Positions 16,788 through 19,191 of a stretch of 19,191 bases of DNA are shown here, piece after piece; positions within the stretch are counted from its first letter, which is position 1; every line of letters begins with the position of its first letter. Source of the DNA: Kiritimatiellia bacterium (GTDB lineage: Bacteria; Verrucomicrobiota; Kiritimatiellia; JAFGHX01); assembly GCA_016929905.1 (NCBI GenBank), contig JAFGHX010000272.1, forward strand, positions 1-19,191, given 5' to 3'. Under the pieces are notes generated by a model, which saw only the letters and a program-made list of their open reading frames with translations, did not search any database and was not told the origin of the DNA. Made by a program: the position numbers and the translations under genes.

Positions 16788-18514
16788 TGAAGGACTCCTT
16801 CTTCTTCCCTCACGGGTTTTGACCTGTTGCTGAAATCGAGCAGCACGGCGGCCCCGTCCTTATTCACCCAGATGACGCCGGTTTCACGCTCCGCCCGCAT
16901 CCACGGCGAGTCGTAGTGCGGGTAGTCGTGCAGGGCGAGGGGCCGGCCGTTCAGCGTGGCATGCCCTTCGCCGGGCCGGCCGGAAGGGTTCGCGTAGCGG
17001 ATGAGATCGCCTTTGGTGCTGGTGTAGGAGGTATGCTTTCCCGTGTCCTGGCAGGAGGCGCGGGCGCCTTTCACGGCGTCGACGAACGCCTGGAACCCGG
17101 CGTATTCCGACGCCATACCGACTTCCAGAATACCCGCCGCGGCGGCCGGGAAGTGCGTACGGCCCACGTACACGTCGCCCTCGGGCACCGCGACGCGCCA
17201 AAACTCGAATGCCCGGCCGCTACCCGATTCGCAGGCATGCGTGCCGCCGTCCGCGGCGAGATTCCCGTTGTAGTCCATGATCTCGCCTTTGTAGAAGAGC
17301 ACGTTTCCGTACTGCATGTTCGCCGTGTTCGGGTTGTCCCGTTCCAGTCTCGGGACCGGCCCGCCCACGCCCACAGTCAGATCGCGTTTGGGGCCAAGCT
17401 TCTTGGTAGGATGCGAGAAGGTGAGTTCCCACACCTGTGTGTTCACCCAGTCCTTCGGCTCGGCCTTTCCGCCGTTCATGTCGTTGTCCAGTTCGATACG
17501 GTCCTGCAGCGCCGACAGGCTGAACGCGGGTGTCATGTAGTAGTACATGTCCCAATCGGCGTAGGGCGCGTGCGGTCTGGCATTCGCGCGCCGATAGCTC
17601 TTGACCTCGAAGACGCCACGCGCCTCGCTGTCTGCGATGAGGCAGGCGACTCTGGGCGGTCTGTAGGCGGTTGTGGCAAGGAAGGCGTAGCTGAGGATCT
17701 GATCGGTCATCAGATAGGACGGAAGCGGCGAGCCGCCGAAGAACTGATAGCCCATGACATGGAACGCGTTCTGGCTGCCGTCGGTGTGTTCGGCGACGCC
17801 CGGGACGAGGTTCTGATACGCCCGGCACCACGGCCCGCCGCGCACGTTCTTGAGGCTGAGCAGCGCCCAGTCGACGACCATCTTGTCGATCGCCATGCGG
17901 GCCCACAGGCGAAGCTCGGCATCCTCGGCGTAGTCGCACAGGTTGAGCAGAGGCAGGAAGGAGCGGTCCAGGTAGTGCGGCGAATTCACTTCATCGCGCC
18001 CGTATCGGCCATGGTATTGAACCCAATCGATGAACTTCTCGCGCGCCAGATCGTGTTTGGGGCCGGCGCCGAGCACCTGATCGGCGAGCAAGTAGAAGCT
18101 GAACGCGACGATGGAGTGGTTGCCGTTCGTGCCATGGCACTCGGGATTCCGGGCGCCAGGCGCATGGAACCTGTTCTCGCGATAGGCGGCGAGGGTGTCG
18201 GCCAGTCGCGCGGCGGCCCGCGGGCTGAGCACGCCGTCCTTGAATTGCAGATAGGTGCGCAGGTAACACATGGTATGCCACTCTTCAGGCACGATATCCG
18301 GCGAGGTCTCGAAGTAGGCGTTCGCTTCATCGAGGTGAACGCCGCGCGCCAGGCAGGCCATGTAGCGTTGCCACCGGATGCGATTGGAGTAGCGATGCTG
18401 CGCCTGATGTGGATCGCCGTCGTTGATGCTCTTCTGCCCGCCCAGTTCGAGAAGCAAGTCGAGCAGTTTCTCGCGGCGCGCTTCGAATCCGTTGCGGGTT
18501 TCGGTCGCACTCAT
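16784..18514 (-). CDS. Conserved hypothetical protein, 576 aa, paralogue A. Family not recognised; possibly distantly heparinase II/III-like. First gene of the operon.
   Basis: I placed the start at the ATG at 18514 (MSATETRNG...), with AAGGAGG 8 nt upstream. The track's upstream extension to 18661 has no RBS and has odd composition. Paralogy with 14967..16787 is described under that feature. A THACESGSGRAF segment lies at the equivalent position to the GHAETDGDY / HQHADQGSF motifs. Confidence 0.75.
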   Translation of the reverse strand: MSATETRNGFEARREKLLDLLLELGGQKSINDGDPHQAQHRYSNRIRWQRYMACLARGVHLDEANAYFETSPDIVPEEWHTMCYLRTYLQFKDGVLSPRAAARLADTLAAYRENRFHAPGARNPECHGTNGNHSIVAFSFYLLADQVLGAGPKHDLAREKFIDWVQYHGRYGRDEVNSPHYLDRSFLPLLNLCDYAEDAELRLWARMAIDKMVVDWALLSLKNVRGGPWCRAYQNLVPGVAEHTDGSQNAFHVMGYQFFGGSPLPSYLMTDQILSYAFLATTAYRPPRVACLIADSEARGVFEVKSYRRANARPHAPYADWDMYYYMTPAFSLSALQDRIELDNDMNGGKAEPKDWVNTQVWELTFSHPTKKLGPKRDLTVGVGGPVPRLERDNPNTANMQYGNVLFYKGEIMDYNGNLAADGGTHACESGSGRAFEFWRVAVPEGDVYVGRTHFPAAAAGILEVGMASEYAGFQAFVDAVKGARASCQDTGKHTSYTSTKGDLIRYANPSGRPGEGHATLNGRPLALHDYPHYDSPWMRAERETGVIWVNKDGAAVLLDFSNRSKPVREEEGVLQ

Positions 18515-18718
18515 TGCGCCATCCTCCTTGCCCCGAGGGGCGGAAACGGTTTGTTCTTCTACCAGAAATTCTAAGGAACAGGCGGCCGCGCCGCGCGGAA
18601 AATCCAGTTTCAGACCAGCAAAATCGGGGAAATTCGTCTGACTGTTGGTTCTTGCTGACACCGACTTGTCCCAGAGGATTGCGATTGCGCCCTGCAGCGC
18701 GCGGCGGTCGCCCGGGGA

Positions 18719-18759
18719 CCCCTTGCGCTCGGCAGCCCGCGGCTGCCGAGCGCAAGGGG
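18719..18759. repeat. Long GC-rich hairpin (18-bp stem CCCCTTGCGCTCGGCAGC / GCTGCCGAGCGCAAGGGG, loop CCGCG)
   Basis: The inverted repeat was read directly. It is upstream of (5' to) the minus-strand operon start, in non-coding DNA. Confidence 0.8.
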
Positions 18760-18790
18760 GAGAAGGGGGGGCGACGCGCGGTCATCTCGG

Positions 18791-18995
18791 CAATCTTGCG
18801 CCCCCACGGCGCAAGGCCGTGGGGGGCGGCGAGTTGCCACAATCAGATCCGGCGCCCCCGCGGCGCAACGCCGTGGGGGGCGATGAGTTGGCCACGATCA
18901 GATCCGGCGCCCCCGCGGCGCAAGGCCGTGGGGGGCGATGAGGTCACGATGCGCAAGCCTGGCGATGCGACGGCGCAAGGCCGGGGGGGGAAGCA
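18791..18995. repeat. About 3.5 tandem copies of a ~55-bp unit. Each unit carries a 10-bp-stem hairpin CCCCC(A/G)CGGC-GCAA(G/C)-GCCGTGGGGG plus a ~30-nt spacer (GCGATGAGTTGGCCACGATCAGATCCGGCG). REP-like.
   Basis: Units start at about 18798, 18852 and 18907, with a degenerate fourth (GACGGCGCAAGGCCGGGGGGGG, about 18970-18990). The spacers are about 80% identical to each other, so this is not CRISPR. The stem A-to-G changes preserve pairing as G-U wobbles. Confidence 0.8.
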
Positions 18996-19082
18996 AGCGG
19001 CGCCCGACGACTTGTCGCGCCATAGTCCCGGGGCGCTTGCGCCGCGGGACGACGGCTGAAGCCCCGGGCGAAGGCGGGTTTT

Positions 19083-19104
19083 CGAGCAAGTTCGCGAGCA
19101 AGTT
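19083..19104. repeat. Two copies of the left-edge 12-mer in inverted orientation (CGAGCAAGTT CGCGAGCAAGTT, the reverse complement of AACTTGCTCGCG AACTTGCTCG)
   Basis: 21 of 22 positions match units 109-130 (aacttgctcgggaacttgctcg) when reverse-complemented. A chance match of this length in 19 kb is negligible. Confidence 0.85.
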
Positions 19105-19191
19105 TCAGATCAGAGGGAAACTTCGTAAGGAGCCTCGGCGGCCGCATGGTAGAAGAGCCGTCTCGGCTCTTCCTCCCCGGCGGCACCCTGT

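Noticed and set aside
14811-18574. Plus-strand ORFs 14811..16790 (659 aa), 16916..18574 (552 aa), 13820..15049 (409 aa), and minus ORFs 15154..16212 and 17220..17939
   Set aside because: These are shadow ORFs of the minus-strand operon genes. Their compositions are Arg/Gly/Ala/Val-rich with no motifs, and the true genes show paralogy blocks and RBSs.
16784-18661. Upstream extension of paralogue A to the ATG at 18661 (625 aa)
   Set aside because: The 49 extra residues have no RBS and run into the non-coding hairpin region. The ATG at 18514 has a strong AAGGAGG at the ideal spacing.
18791-18995. Possible CRISPR array (regularly spaced palindromic repeats)
   Set aside because: The spacers between hairpins are about 80% identical to each other, so they are not unique. 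There are only about 3.5 units, and the repeats are not identical. This is a tandem duplication of a REP-like unit, not CRISPR.

Overview
The window is high-GC bacterial chromosomal DNA (roughly two-thirds G+C, GGAGG-type ribosome-binding sites). Coding density is high, and most long antisense or offset ORFs in the six-frame track are Arg/Pro/Ala-rich shadow frames that I did not call.

Left to right:
- 1-144: an array of 12-bp tandem repeats at the window edge.
- 369-1967 (+): a TerB-like protein with a ~190-aa Pro/Ala-rich linker and an unrecognised C-terminal domain.
- 2067-2582 (+): a nitroreductase-family gene.
- 2599-4128 (-): a convergent Cys-type sulfatase with no signal peptide, choline-sulfatase-like.
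- 4603-6753 (+): an NfeD-like and flotillin-like (YqiJ/YqiK-type) gene pair, followed by a bidirectional terminator at 6814-6858.
- 6951-7319 (-): a small membrane protein.
- 7587-9434 (-): a two-gene operon of a sugar-phosphate isomerase/epimerase and a Gfo/Idh/MocA oxidoreductase.
- About 9790-10208 (+): a degraded IS630-like transposase remnant, abutting a ~50-bp near-perfect palindrome at 10210-10259.
- 10362-18514 (-): a six-gene operon with two ATGA overlaps (translational coupling). Gene order in the direction of transcription is: a 576-aa unknown protein, its 606-aa paralogue, a D-2-hydroxyacid dehydrogenase, two tandem paralogous hexapeptide-repeat acyltransferases, and a 788-aa heparinase II/III-like protein. 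All six lack signal peptides.
- 18719-18995: a long GC-rich hairpin and ~3.5 tandem copies of a ~55-bp hairpin unit, REP-like.
- 19083-19104: two inverted copies of the left-edge 12-mer.

The most interesting elements are the two tandem unknown-family paralogues inside the cytoplasmic lyase-like operon, the TerB fusion protein, the IS remnant with its palindrome, and the inverted 12-mer repeats at the two ends of the window.
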